NCBI RefSeq assembly: GCF_000018305.1
Contig: NC_009954.1
Location: forward strand, 210,001 to 242,000
DNA length: 32,000 bases
Direction of reading: 5' to 3'
DNA from: Caldivirga maquilingensis IC-167
GTDB taxonomy: Archaea; Thermoproteota; Thermoprotei; Thermoproteales; Thermocladiaceae
Below, piece by piece: positions 7,854-17,048 of this stretch; the first letter of the stretch is position 1, and every line of letters begins with the position of its first letter. The position numbers and the translations under genes were made by a program. A model generated the notes under the pieces. That model ran no database searches and was not told the DNA's origin. It saw nothing but the letters and a program-made list of their open reading frames with translations.

Positions 7854-8578
7854 TCATTAATCACCCTAGTCACTGAATTCTCAAGTTTATCGGTTAGTAT
7901 TGTTAATAAACCAAGGGTTCTTATTGACCCACTGGCCAGTATCATGTAGCCGTAATTCTCTATATTATTTAGGCCGAGTTCAGAAATACCCTTTACAATG
8001 CATTCACTATTCCTTATCTTACCAATTACACTAATACTCACGTTAGCCGAGCCGGCGGTTAATCCACTGCTTAGGTTTATTGATATTACTGAGGCCACGT
8101 CACCAATCCTAATGACCTTGTAGGCTTCATTATTATTACCACTAACTAACCAATCATTATTACTAAGCATTAGTGCAATTTCTATGTTTGAAATGGGGGT
8201 GTTAGTCATGTATGACATTTCCTCTATAAGTTCACTTAACGCATTCAATAGGATTTTTAAGTCATTAATACTCTTAATACCCTTAAGTGTAACTGATGGT
8301 ATTAACACAGCCATTTTAGAATCCTTAACGTAATCAGCGTAGAAGCCTAATGAACCAACCGCTGGGGCTATTATTGAGAACTCCTCCTCATTAACCGGGG
8401 TTATTGTTGCTATTTTAAACTCAATTAAACCTGTATTAACCATTCTATTGAATGATAATTCAATAAGCTTTCCATTAACCATTGAGTAAACCTTAGACTT
8501 CTCCACACCACCACTGAACTCCTCAACAATAACACTATCCATTACGAATTTTACCATGTATAAGGTGCTTATATGCAT
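7838..8578 (-). CDS. Hypothetical protein (246 aa), no recognisable domain
   Basis: This is a long ORF with coding-like composition, coupled to the downstream wHTH gene. The start is uncertain: M13 at 8542 has ATATAAG about 30 nt upstream. No motif recognised. Confidence 0.55.
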   Translation of the reverse strand: MHISTLYMVKFVMDSVIVEEFSGGVEKSKVYSMVNGKLIELSFNRMVNTGLIEFKIATITPVNEEEFSIIAPAVGSLGFYADYVKDSKMAVLIPSVTLKGIKSINDLKILLNALSELIEEMSYMTNTPISNIEIALMLSNNDWLVSGNNNEAYKVIRIGDVASVISINLSSGLTAGSANVSISVIGKIRNSECIVKGISELGLNNIENYGYMILASGSIRTLGLLTILTDKLENSVTRVINECSHL

Positions 8579-8754
8579 TACTGTTACTCATTAAGCTTCC
8601 CTAACGTTAATTCCACCATACTGCAGCGAGTCCTATAACTAACTACTTTTTAAGCCAATGCATACACCAGTGATTACTAAGAGTTTTAGTCAGGAGGCAG
8701 TAATGCGGATTAATGGATTACGTAATTTAATGATCCTCGGTAAGCGTTAGGGGA

Positions 8755-9249
8755 TTAACCGCACCCACCACTTTTAGAAACGGTCATGGCTGTGACAAGA
8801 TTAAGTATTTCCTTATATGGCGGTTCATTCCTTGGATCATCACTAACCCACTTATACCTAACTACACCTTGTTCATCAAGTATGAAGGCTGCCCTCTTAG
8901 CCAGCTTCTTTAAACCAAGTAGATCCTCAAGCACTAGGCCATATTTCTCAATGAACTGCCTATTAAAGTCGCTTAGTAATGTGAAGTTTAACTTATTAGC
9001 CTCCTTAAAGGCCTTTAATGCCCATGGTTGATCAACACTTATAGCAATTACCTCGGCATTAGCCTTATTCAGTAAACTCATATTATCCCTTATTGTGCAT
9101 AACTCCTTCGTGCATACTGGGCTGAAGGCTGCAGGGAACGTTAAGACAACGACAGGCCTCCCTTTACCTAGGAAATCACTTAGCCTCCTCACCTTTAAGT
9201 CTGTGTCCAGTAGTTCAAAGTCAGGTGCCTTTTCTCCTACGTTAACCAT
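8755..9249 (-). CDS. bcp: Peroxiredoxin, Bcp/PrxQ type (AhpC/TSA family)
   Basis: APDFELLD..., the active site FPAAFSPVCTKELC (CxxxxC atypical 2-Cys), and a size of 164 aa. Confidence 0.9.
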   Translation of the reverse strand: MVNVGEKAPDFELLDTDLKVRRLSDFLGKGRPVVVLTFPAAFSPVCTKELCTIRDNMSLLNKANAEVIAISVDQPWALKAFKEANKLNFTLLSDFNRQFIEKYGLVLEDLLGLKKLAKRAAFILDEQGVVRYKWVSDDPRNEPPYKEILNLVTAMTVSKSGGCG

Positions 9250-9269
9250 GATAGCCTTGAGAGTTACTT

Positions 9270-9279
9270 AATTTAAAAA
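9270..9279 (-). promoter_or_regulatory. TATA box for bcp
   Basis: The minus-strand TTTTTAAATT lies 21-30 nt upstream of the ATG at 9249. Confidence 0.45.
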
Positions 9280-9351
9280 CTTAATGTACCTATTCATTAA
9301 TCTTGAACATATGGATTATCTTTATATTCCCTGGCATTGTGATGAGGAGAC

Positions 9352-9363
9352 AGATTTAAATCT
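9352..9363 (+). promoter_or_regulatory. Palindromic TATA element AGATTTAAATCT for folP
   Basis: A 12-bp perfect palindrome contains ATTTAAAT, 26-33 nt upstream of the ATG at 9387. Confidence 0.45.
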
Positions 9364-9386
9364 AGTCAAGTTGAATTACCCCTTTA

Positions 9387-10298
9387 ATGAGACTTAAATT
9401 AAATGCACCTGAGGTTATGGCAGTCATTAACGTAAGCCCCGAATCCTTTTACTCAGCAAGTGTTAAATCAACTGAAGAGGAGTTGCTTAAATTCGCCATT
9501 AATGTGTTTAAGGCTGGTGTAAGGATCTTTGACATTGGGGGAATGTCCACTGCGCCATTTAAGAGAACTTGGGTTCCTGAGGATGTTGAGTTAAGTAGGC
9601 TTAAATGGGCAGTAAACCTACTGAGGGGGGAGTTGGGTGATAGGATTATCATATCTGTGGACACCTTCAGGCCACGTGTAGCCTCTGAGGTGGCTAAATT
9701 AGGTGTAGATGTTTTGAATGATGTGACTGGTTTAAGGTATGATAAGGGGTTGGCTAAGGTGGCTAAGGAGCATGGATTAGCCATGATACTGTGCGCAAGG
9801 GAGGCTACTCAAAGTGGCTTAAATCCCGTTGAAGCTATTATTAATGAGGCTAAGTGGAGTATTAATGTTGCTGAATCCATGGGTGTTAATGATATTATAA
9901 TCGACCCATGCATAGGCTTCCCACCACTTGATAGGGACCAGAACCTGGAGCCGAATAGGCAGGTACCTAATACGCGTTACGATGACTGGCCCTATAGGGA
10001 TATTTACCTTGTTGCTAACGCCGCAAGGATAAGGAGGGAACTTGGTAAACCTATTTGCGTTGGCGTATCAAGGAAGGGATTCATAAGGAGGCTACTGGGT
10101 GGTGGTGTTGAGGATTCCATATGGGGAACACTGGGGCTTCACGCATACTTGGCCTACGTGGGTGTGGATGTAATTAGGGCTCATGATGCAGTGGAGACTC
10201 TTAATGTTGTTAAAATTATTAATATGGTGAAGGAATGTGGTGGTGATTATTTAAGCTGCATTGATAACGTGAGAAAAGCTTATAAAGAGGCTGATTAA
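9387..10298 (+). CDS. folP: Dihydropteroate synthase (pterin-binding domain)
   Basis: MAVINVSPESFY, FDIGGMSTAPF (compare DIGGESTRPG), SVDTFRP, VLNDVTGL, and IRAHDV. Confidence 0.85.
   Translation: MRLKLNAPEVMAVINVSPESFYSASVKSTEEELLKFAINVFKAGVRIFDIGGMSTAPFKRTWVPEDVELSRLKWAVNLLRGELGDRIIISVDTFRPRVASEVAKLGVDVLNDVTGLRYDKGLAKVAKEHGLAMILCAREATQSGLNPVEAIINEAKWSINVAESMGVNDIIIDPCIGFPPLDRDQNLEPNRQVPNTRYDDWPYRDIYLVANAARIRRELGKPICVGVSRKGFIRRLLGGGVEDSIWGTLGLHAYLAYVGVDVIRAHDAVETLNVVKIINMVKECGGDYLSCIDNVRKAYKEAD
10280..10286 (+). promoter_or_regulatory. TATA box (AAAAG-CTTATAAA) inside the folP 3' end, positioned for the 57-codon ORF
   Basis: TTATAAA lies 24-30 nt upstream of the ATG at 10310. Confidence 0.35.
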
Positions 10299-10309
10299 TC
10301 AGTGGTCAT

Positions 10310-10483
10310 ATGTCTATTAACATTATTCAGGAATATAAACGATATAGGACTATTAAGCAGCTTAAAATGCTCCGAACAGTAAAGGCTACTAGGGAGGTTA
10401 TGCTAATGGCAGTGGCCATGAGGCCACTACCCATTGAAAGGAGGGTTAAAGGCAGTATAATTGAAGTTAAGGCTACTCATTAA
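10310..10483 (+). CDS. Small basic ORF (57 aa), unknown
   Basis: Falls below the ORF-track size cutoff. Translation: MSINIIQEYKRYRTIKQLKMLRTVKATREVMLMAVAMRPLPIERRVKGSIIEVKATH. It has a correctly spaced TATA box and is followed directly by a perfect hairpin. No family recognised. Confidence 0.35.
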   Translation: MSINIIQEYKRYRTIKQLKMLRTVKATREVMLMAVAMRPLPIERRVKGSIIEVKATH

Positions 10484-10503
10484 GGCATCCTTAGGATGCC
10501 TTT
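10484..10503 (+). terminator. Hairpin GGCATCC-TTA-GGATGCC followed by TTT
   Basis: A perfect 7-bp stem with a 3-nt loop starts one base after the TAA of the small ORF and is followed by a T run. Confidence 0.4.
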
Positions 10504-10518
10504 AACTGGGAGAAAAAG

Positions 10519-10527
10519 TTTTATAAA
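10519..10527 (+). promoter_or_regulatory. BRE/TATA (AAAAAG-TTTTATAAA) for rpoA1
   Basis: TTTTATAAA lies 28-36 nt upstream of the ATG at 10555. Confidence 0.55.
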
Positions 10528-10554
10528 CCCAACGGGTACTATGGTGATCTTAGA

Positions 10555-13224
10555 ATGTCTTATTCTAATCAGGGAAGCGGTGAGGATAATATACCGCTTA
10601 AGGTAATTAAGGAAATAAGCTTCAACGTCCTCTCACCAGATTTAATACGAAAAATGTCGGTAATGGAGGTAACAACCTCAGAGACTTATGATGAAGCCGG
10701 CAACCCAGTTAAAGGCGGGTTAATGGATAGGAGACTGGGTGTTGATGAACCTGAGGCTAGGTGCGAGACCTGTGGCAATGACTGGAGGAGGTGCCCTGGA
10801 CACTTCGGTAGGATTGAGTTAGTTAGACCTGTTGTTCACCCTGAGTTCGTTAAACCCATTTACGATATACTGAGGGCAACATGCCCTAATTGCGGGAGAT
10901 TGAAGCTAACTGATGAGGAGTATAAGAGGTATTCTGAGAGGATTAAGAGGCTTAAGAAGCATTGGAGAGCCCTCTCCGATAGGCTTATTCTCAGGGTTAA
11001 GAAGAAGGCCGCGGCTAGGTCAACATGCCCACACTGCGGTGCACCTCAACCTAAGATTAGGCTTGATAAGCCATTCAAGTTCTACACTGAGTCCGAGGAT
11101 GGTAGGTTAACTAGGCTTGACCCAGTTAGCATAAGGGAGTGGCTTGAGAAGGTGCCTGACGATGACCTTGAATTACTCGGCTGGAACCCCTCAACAGCCA
11201 GACCAGAGTGGGCTGTCTTAACGGTTTTACCCGTACCACCACCTCAAGTTAGGCCATCAATACAATTACCCAGTGGCCAAACCAGTGCAGATGACTTAAC
11301 CCACGCCTTAACAACAATACTTAGGTATAATGAGAAGCTTAGAAACGCCATAGAGTCCGGTTCACCCACAACCTCTATTCTTGATCTTTGGGACTCGCTT
11401 CAAGCCAATGTAGCCACATACATTGATAATGAACTACCCGGTGGTATTCAGGCTAGGCATAGGAGTAAGAGGCCGCTTAAGGGTATTGCCCAGAGGCTTA
11501 AGGGGAAGGAGGGTAGGTTTAGGGGTAGCTTATCAGGTAAGAGGGTTGAGTTCTCAGCTAGGACTGTGATTAGCCCTGACCCTAATTTAAGCATTAATGA
11601 GGTTGGTGTACCAATTGATATAGCTAAGGAGCTGACTGTGGTGGAGCCTGTTACTGAGTGGAATATTGACTTAATGAGGATGCTTGTTGTTAATGGACCT
11701 GAGACCTGGCCTGGGGCTAATAGGGTTATTACGCCTGATGGTAAGAAGATTGAGCTTAAGGTTAGGAGGGATAGGAGTGAATTAGCCCAGCAGATTCAGC
11801 CAGGTTGGATGATTGAGAGGCATTTAATGGATGGTGACTACGTCCTCTTCAATAGGCAACCAAGCCTCCATAAGATGTCAATGATGTGCCACATAGTTAA
11901 GGTACTTCCAGGTAGAACCTTCAGGCTTCACTTAGCAGTATGCCCACCCTATAACGCTGACTTCGATGGAGATGAAATGAACCTCCACGTACCCCAGACC
12001 CCTGAGGCTAGGGCTGAGGCTAGGACTATAATGCTTGTTCAAAACTTCATAGTGACACCCAGGTACGGTGGCCCGATAATAGGTGCTAGGCAGGATTACA
12101 TAAGTGGAGGCTACTTACTCTCAAGGAAGGGGAATGTGTTAACCAGGGAGAAGGCACTATTCATACTCGGCGCCGTTAGGGAGAATGTGCAGCTTGAGGA
12201 ACCAGCAATAATGCATCCTGTGGAGCTTTGGACGGGTAAGCAGATAATATCAACACTACTGCCTAAGGACTTCAACTTCACTCAGGCAACATCCTTCAAG
12301 TCAACGTGCAGTGACCCATATAGGTGTGATACTGATGAGTACATTGTGGTTGTTAACGGTTACTTAGCCACTGGTGTGCTTGATAAGAAGTCCATTGGCG
12401 CTGAGCAGGTTGATTCACTGCTTCACGTACTAGTTAAGAGGTATGGTAATGAATTCGGTAGGAGGTGGATTGACTCAATGTTCAGATTAATAATAAGGTA
12501 CATTGACATAAGGGGCTTCACAATGGCCCTTGACTCACTTAACCTACCTGAGGATGCAATGAAGAAGCTTGATGAGGTTAAGAACACCTACATTAAGGAG
12601 GCCTATGAATTACTGGATAAGTACTATAAGGGTGCACTTGAGGCTGAGCCAGGTAAGACTATTGAGGAGACCCTTGAGGATAAGTTAGCTGAAACATTAT
12701 CAAAGATTAGGGAGGAGGCCTCTAAGATAGTTGACGACTACATGAATAAGGAGTCCGAGGTTTACATAATGGCTAAGACGGGTGCAAGGGGTAGTCTACT
12801 GAATGCCGCTCAAATGACCGCCGCCCTAGGTCAACAAACAATAAGGGGTGAGAGGTATAGGCGTGGCTTCACCGACAGGACCCTACCCCACTTCCTACCT
12901 GGCGATAAGGGACCTGAGGCTAGGGGCTTCGTTAAGAGTAACTTCAGGGATGGATTATCACCAATAGAGTACTTCTTCCACGCCGGTGGCGGTAGAGATG
13001 GATTAGTTGAAACCGCGGTAAGGACATCTCAAAGCGGCTACGCGCAGAGGAGGCTTATTAATGCAATGCAGGATATTTACGTTGCCTACGACGGGACAGT
13101 TAGGGATTCACAGGATGCAATAATTCAATTCAAGTACGGTGAGGATGGTATAGACGTCTCCAAGAGTGACCACGGTAGGTTAAATATAGATGAAATAATA
13201 AGGAGGGTGATGACAAGTGGCTGA
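10555..13224 (+). CDS. rpoA1: DNA-directed RNA polymerase subunit A' (Rpo1N)
   Basis: The N-terminal zinc motifs CETCGNDWRRCPGHFG and CPNCGRLK, RQPSLHKMSMM, and the catalytic YNADFDGDEMNLHVPQ. The 889-aa size fits A'. Confidence 0.97.
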   Translation: MSYSNQGSGEDNIPLKVIKEISFNVLSPDLIRKMSVMEVTTSETYDEAGNPVKGGLMDRRLGVDEPEARCETCGNDWRRCPGHFGRIELVRPVVHPEFVKPIYDILRATCPNCGRLKLTDEEYKRYSERIKRLKKHWRALSDRLILRVKKKAAARSTCPHCGAPQPKIRLDKPFKFYTESEDGRLTRLDPVSIREWLEKVPDDDLELLGWNPSTARPEWAVLTVLPVPPPQVRPSIQLPSGQTSADDLTHALTTILRYNEKLRNAIESGSPTTSILDLWDSLQANVATYIDNELPGGIQARHRSKRPLKGIAQRLKGKEGRFRGSLSGKRVEFSARTVISPDPNLSINEVGVPIDIAKELTVVEPVTEWNIDLMRMLVVNGPETWPGANRVITPDGKKIELKVRRDRSELAQQIQPGWMIERHLMDGDYVLFNRQPSLHKMSMMCHIVKVLPGRTFRLHLAVCPPYNADFDGDEMNLHVPQTPEARAEARTIMLVQNFIVTPRYGGPIIGARQDYISGGYLLSRKGNVLTREKALFILGAVRENVQLEEPAIMHPVELWTGKQIISTLLPKDFNFTQATSFKSTCSDPYRCDTDEYIVVVNGYLATGVLDKKSIGAEQVDSLLHVLVKRYGNEFGRRWIDSMFRLIIRYIDIRGFTMALDSLNLPEDAMKKLDEVKNTYIKEAYELLDKYYKGALEAEPGKTIEETLEDKLAETLSKIREEASKIVDDYMNKESEVYIMAKTGARGSLLNAAQMTAALGQQTIRGERYRRGFTDRTLPHFLPGDKGPEARGFVKSNFRDGLSPIEYFFHAGGGRDGLVETAVRTSQSGYAQRRLINAMQDIYVAYDGTVRDSQDAIIQFKYGEDGIDVSKSDHGRLNIDEIIRRVMTSG

Positions 13225-14383
13225 GCAGTACCTAAGCCAAGAGGAGGTTAGGTCAAGGATTGAGACCCTTAAGGAGGTGTTACCCAGTAGGTTAGTTAAT
13301 GAACTGCTTAATAGGTTGAATAACGTTAAGTTATCTGATAGGCAACTTGAGAGAGTTATGAAGGCTGTTGTGGCTGAGTACTATAAGTCAATAGTTGATC
13401 CAGGTGAGGCAATAGGCATAGTTACTGCTCAAAGTGTTGGTGAACCATCAACACAAATGATATTGAGGACCTTCCACTACGCCGGTTTAAGGGAGTTCTC
13501 AATGGCCTTAGGTTTACCTAGGTTAATTGAGATAATTGACGCTAGGAGGAAGCCCCAAGTACCTAGGATGACTATTTACCTTAAACCAGAGTACGCGCAC
13601 GATGAAGAGAAGGCTCATGATGTCGCCAAGAGGATTCAAGCAATAACCATTGAGAACCTAGCTAAGAGCGTTGATGTGGATTACTTCAATTCAACAATAA
13701 TAATAACCCTTGATGAGGATGCCTTAAGGTACAGGGGGTTAAGTGTTAATGATGTTAAGAAGGCCTTAGATAGGATTAAGGGTAAGGCAGGGGAAATAAC
13801 CGTTGAGGGTAATTCAATAAGTGTGACTGTTAATGCCCAGGAGGTATCAGCATTAAAGAAGATGAGGGATAAGATTCTTCAAACCAAGGTAGCTGGCATA
13901 AGGGGGATTAAGAAGGCCTTAGTTATGAAGACTGATAATAATGAGTACGTAATATACACTGAGGGAACAAACCTCGAGGCGGTACTACTGCTTGATGAGG
14001 TTGACTCAACGAGGACAATATCACACGACATACATGAGGTTGCTGAGGTACTTGGTATTGAGGCTGCAAGAACCATGATTATGAGGGAACTAAAGGCCGT
14101 TCTAGATGACCAAGGCCTAGATGTAGACACCAGGCACTTAATGATGGTTGCTGACGTAATGACATGGGACGGTAAGGTTAGGCAGATTGGGAGGCATGGT
14201 GTAGCAGGCCAGAAAGTCAGTCCATTAGCCAGGGCAGCCTTTGAGGTAACGGTTAAGAACCTAATTGAAGCAGCCTACATGGGGGAGAGCGAGAAGTTTA
14301 AGGGCGTTGTGGAGAACATTATATCAGGCAGGTACGTGCCAATAGGCACTGGTTACGTTGAATTAATGCTTGAGCATCCGTGA
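13217..14383 (+). CDS. rpoA2: DNA-directed RNA polymerase subunit A'' (Rpo1C)
   Basis: GEAIGIVTAQSVGEPSTQMILRTFHYAG (trigger loop/helix region). The GTG start overlaps the rpoA1 stop by 8 nt. Size 388 aa. Confidence 0.96.
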   Translation: MAEQYLSQEEVRSRIETLKEVLPSRLVNELLNRLNNVKLSDRQLERVMKAVVAEYYKSIVDPGEAIGIVTAQSVGEPSTQMILRTFHYAGLREFSMALGLPRLIEIIDARRKPQVPRMTIYLKPEYAHDEEKAHDVAKRIQAITIENLAKSVDVDYFNSTIIITLDEDALRYRGLSVNDVKKALDRIKGKAGEITVEGNSISVTVNAQEVSALKKMRDKILQTKVAGIRGIKKALVMKTDNNEYVIYTEGTNLEAVLLLDEVDSTRTISHDIHEVAEVLGIEAARTMIMRELKAVLDDQGLDVDTRHLMMVADVMTWDGKVRQIGRHGVAGQKVSPLARAAFEVTVKNLIEAAYMGESEKFKGVVENIISGRYVPIGTGYVELMLEHP

Positions 14384-14505
14384 AACTCACATATTAAACA
14401 CCCGTAGTCAAGGCCTCATTAAATTAAAACTAAGCCTCATGATCCATATACTTAAATATATTTTAAGCTTATTAAATATCTACAATATTAAATAGTATTT
14501 TAATT

Positions 14506-14525
14506 ATTTCACTATAAAGTGAAAT
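14506..14525 (+). promoter_or_regulatory. TATA box bracketed by a 7-bp inverted repeat (ATTTCAC-TATAAA-GTGAAAT)
   Basis: The perfect arms at 14506-14512 and 14519-14525 flank TATAAA, 20-25 nt upstream of the ATG at 14538. Confidence 0.45.
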
Positions 14526-14537
14526 AAATTTTATTAA

Positions 14538-15203
14538 ATGCTTGAATCTATAGAAATTATGGCTTCCACTACGGTTACGATCAAGAAGGCTGACCCAACT
14601 GCCCTTGGAATCTTCTCCTATGGATTCAGCCTACTCATACTGTCAATATACGCTATGGGTTTTTACCCATGGAGTGAAAGCATTGTAATGATTGCACCAG
14701 CATTAGTATTTGGAGGGGTATTCCTACTTGTTGCAGCCAACTGGGAGTATAATAATGGGAACACCTTTGGAGCCACTGCATTCGGTACATACTCAGCATT
14801 CTTCCTAACATTTGCGGTTGCCCACATTGGAATTGTGGCTGGTTGGTTCTCCTCACTGGAGGTTGCGCACTTAATTGGATTACTTGCAGTAGCCTTTGCG
14901 GTAATGACATTCTTCTACTGGATGGGTAGCTTCAAGATGAACCTAGCGTTAAACTTAACATTACTATTTCTACTAATAACCTTCATACTCTACGCAATAC
15001 CACTCACATCCCTATCATCATCAATGACTAGCTTAATGGGTAAAATACCTGATGCACTTAAGCCAGCTGGCTACGTAGGCTTCGTAGATTCATTATTCAC
15101 AATGTGGGTTGGAGCTGCAGTAGTAATAAATGATAGATGGGAATTAGCTGGATTGAAGGGTCCAATACCCACTTACCCCCTCACTAAAAGGAAGAGTAAG
15201 TGA
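14538..15203 (+). CDS. GPR1/FUN34/YaaH (SatP/AceTr) family acetate-succinate channel-like membrane protein
   Basis: ADPTALGIFSYGFSLL (compare NPAPLGL.GF), ANWEYNNGNTFGATAFGTYSAFFLTF, and six predicted TM helices in ~220 aa. Confidence 0.7.
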   Translation: MLESIEIMASTTVTIKKADPTALGIFSYGFSLLILSIYAMGFYPWSESIVMIAPALVFGGVFLLVAANWEYNNGNTFGATAFGTYSAFFLTFAVAHIGIVAGWFSSLEVAHLIGLLAVAFAVMTFFYWMGSFKMNLALNLTLLFLLITFILYAIPLTSLSSSMTSLMGKIPDALKPAGYVGFVDSLFTMWVGAAVVINDRWELAGLKGPIPTYPLTKRKSK

Positions 15204-15216
15204 AGGCTCACTTCAC
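15200..15216. terminator. Hairpin GTGAAG-gctca-CTTCAC spanning both convergent stop codons
   Basis: A 6-bp stem covers the TGA (15201-15203) of the + gene and the stop (15213-15215) of the - gene. Confidence 0.25.
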
Positions 15217-15446
15217 GAGAATCTACTTAAAACCCTCATTAATCCCTTATTGGTTAAGAAAACGTTATTATCCTTTAAAGCCACGTAACCCTGGTCAACA
15301 AGTGACTTTAAGACATTACTCACTAAGCTTACCTCACTATTAATTATCTTAGCTAACGCGCTCACGCTTATGGCCTTACCTTCACTAACCGCGGATTGCA
15401 TGAATAACGCAAGCAGTATCCTCTCCTCGGGTCCAGCCACACCCAT
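15213..15446 (-). CDS. Small winged-helix DNA-binding protein (77 aa)
   Basis: ISVSALAKIINSEVSLVSNVLKSLVDQGYVALKDNNVFLTNKG is HTH plus wing-like. It has its own TATA box (TTTATAA, 15469-15475), 23-29 nt upstream. Confidence 0.5.
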   Translation of the reverse strand: MGVAGPEERILLALFMQSAVSEGKAISVSALAKIINSEVSLVSNVLKSLVDQGYVALKDNNVFLTNKGLMRVLSRFS

Positions 15447-15533
15447 GCCTAATTCCCCTTAAACCCCCTTTATAACTGTTTAATCAATTCGTTACCCTCA
15501 GGGATTAAGCCAGGTGAAATTAACGAGGGGGCC

Positions 15534-17048
15534 TTATTCCGGTGGTATCTCCTCGTAAACTAGGCTTAATGGTATTCCCTCCTTATCCCTAATGTACTTA
15601 GCTATAGTGAATACTACCAAGCCGATCACAAATATCACCGATGACTCAGCCAGTAATTGCATTGGGTTTCCTGTCACGTAAAGATAATACTGGGGTTGCG
15701 TTAACCAGTAGTATGCGAATATGAGTAGGAATGCTAGGTAAATTACCGTTAAGGGAATTATCACTGCTTTACTTACCTTAAGTTTAACAACACCCTTAAG
15801 GTACATGATTAAGGCCAATAACACTGAGGCTATGAACGTGAATACCAGTAGAATTAAGGCATCAAGATCCAGTGCGTAAAGGAGAGCTGAACTAAATGGT
15901 GTTAGTATTAGAATATACATTAGGATTACCGTCACCGCTAAGTCAAATAAGTGGGCTACAATGGGTGAGTGAGTCCTTGGGTTAACGTAGGAGAATGCAC
16001 TCGGTAAAACCCTATCCATTGAGAAGGCTAACAGGTACCTTGATACCTGGATAACAACCCCCGTAACTGGGGCAATATACCAGAGTATTGATGAGTATGC
16101 TAAAGCCACTGCCATGGGGGTGTGTATTAATGCTAAGTCGGCACCTGGATTAACTAGAATGTAGCCATCATCCACCCCGTAGGCATTCATGTAGCTTGCA
16201 CCAACGTAGAAATTAACCCCAAGGCTTCTTAGAAATGAGGCAACGAATAATGTGAAGAATAAGCCACCCATTACGAACATACCAACGACACCAAGGAGCG
16301 CCGTTACCCTATCCCTCTTAATCTCACCACCAATCGTGGCCGGGAAGTTAACGTACGCCCAAACAGCCGTTGTGAATGAAGCCATACCAAGTACACCATA
16401 AACCCCACCCACTGGCGAGGCCTTACTGGCGTTGGTTAAGGCCTCAGCATAAGCCGACCCTAGGGAAGCTTTAATTAGGCTTACTGGAAGTAAGGCAACG
16501 TAAATGGCTGAGGCTATGAAGGTTAATAGCGCTGCAGCGGATATCACCATGAACATTGTTAAACCAGCCCTGGCTGACGCCACATTAACCATTATTAACA
16601 CTACCACTAGTGCCACGGCTATGGCGAACTCATACCTAGGGCTCATTATGATGCTTGCAAGTGGATTACCCAATGCCTGAAGAATAGTACCTAATTGGCT
16701 TATTGAGAAGTAGACTAATACGGCATCGTAAAGCATTTCACCAATGGTGAAATTAAACCAAGCAGCGAAACCCACCGGTGGGTTAAGCCTGGAGAAGTAG
16801 ACGTAGTCACCGCCAGTCCTTGGGTATTGACGGGTTATTAGATACCACATAATCACCCCAGGTATGAACATTAACCATGATGCGATTAACGCCACGTAGG
16901 CTGCATTACCCCCACCGTATAGGTATATCCCAGTTAAGTATACGAATGGCACTATTAGGAAACCGTTATAACCCATACTCACTAATAATGCCTTAAGGGG
17001 CCCAACCTCCCTCACCAAGCCTGTACTCTCCCTCACGAAGAGGCTCAT
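15534..17048 (-). CDS. APC-superfamily amino acid/polyamine permease
   Basis: 504 aa with about 12 hydrophobic segments and an N-terminus, RESTGLVREVGPLKALLVSMGYNG, typical of APC transporters. The ATGA overlap with the upstream aminotransferase gene suggests translational coupling. Confidence 0.7.
   Translation of the reverse strand: MSLFVRESTGLVREVGPLKALLVSMGYNGFLIVPFVYLTGIYLYGGGNAAYVALIASWLMFIPGVIMWYLITRQYPRTGGDYVYFSRLNPPVGFAAWFNFTIGEMLYDAVLVYFSISQLGTILQALGNPLASIIMSPRYEFAIAVALVVVLIMVNVASARAGLTMFMVISAAALLTFIASAIYVALLPVSLIKASLGSAYAEALTNASKASPVGGVYGVLGMASFTTAVWAYVNFPATIGGEIKRDRVTALLGVVGMFVMGGLFFTLFVASFLRSLGVNFYVGASYMNAYGVDDGYILVNPGADLALIHTPMAVALAYSSILWYIAPVTGVVIQVSRYLLAFSMDRVLPSAFSYVNPRTHSPIVAHLFDLAVTVILMYILILTPFSSALLYALDLDALILLVFTFIASVLLALIMYLKGVVKLKVSKAVIIPLTVIYLAFLLIFAYYWLTQPQYYLYVTGNPMQLLAESSVIFVIGLVVFTIAKYIRDKEGIPLSLVYEEIPPE

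Noticed and set aside
9339-9412. GTGATGA (C-box-like) upstream of folP with a CTGA ~70 nt downstream
   Set aside because: No D'/C' boxes occur at the required 12-nt spacing, and the span would overlap the folP promoter and start codon.
10913-11110. 65-aa + strand ORF in another frame of rpoA1 (similar cases at 3240-3437 and 26970-27179)
   Set aside because: It is embedded in a highly conserved gene and gives an Arg/Gly/Leu-rich off-frame translation.
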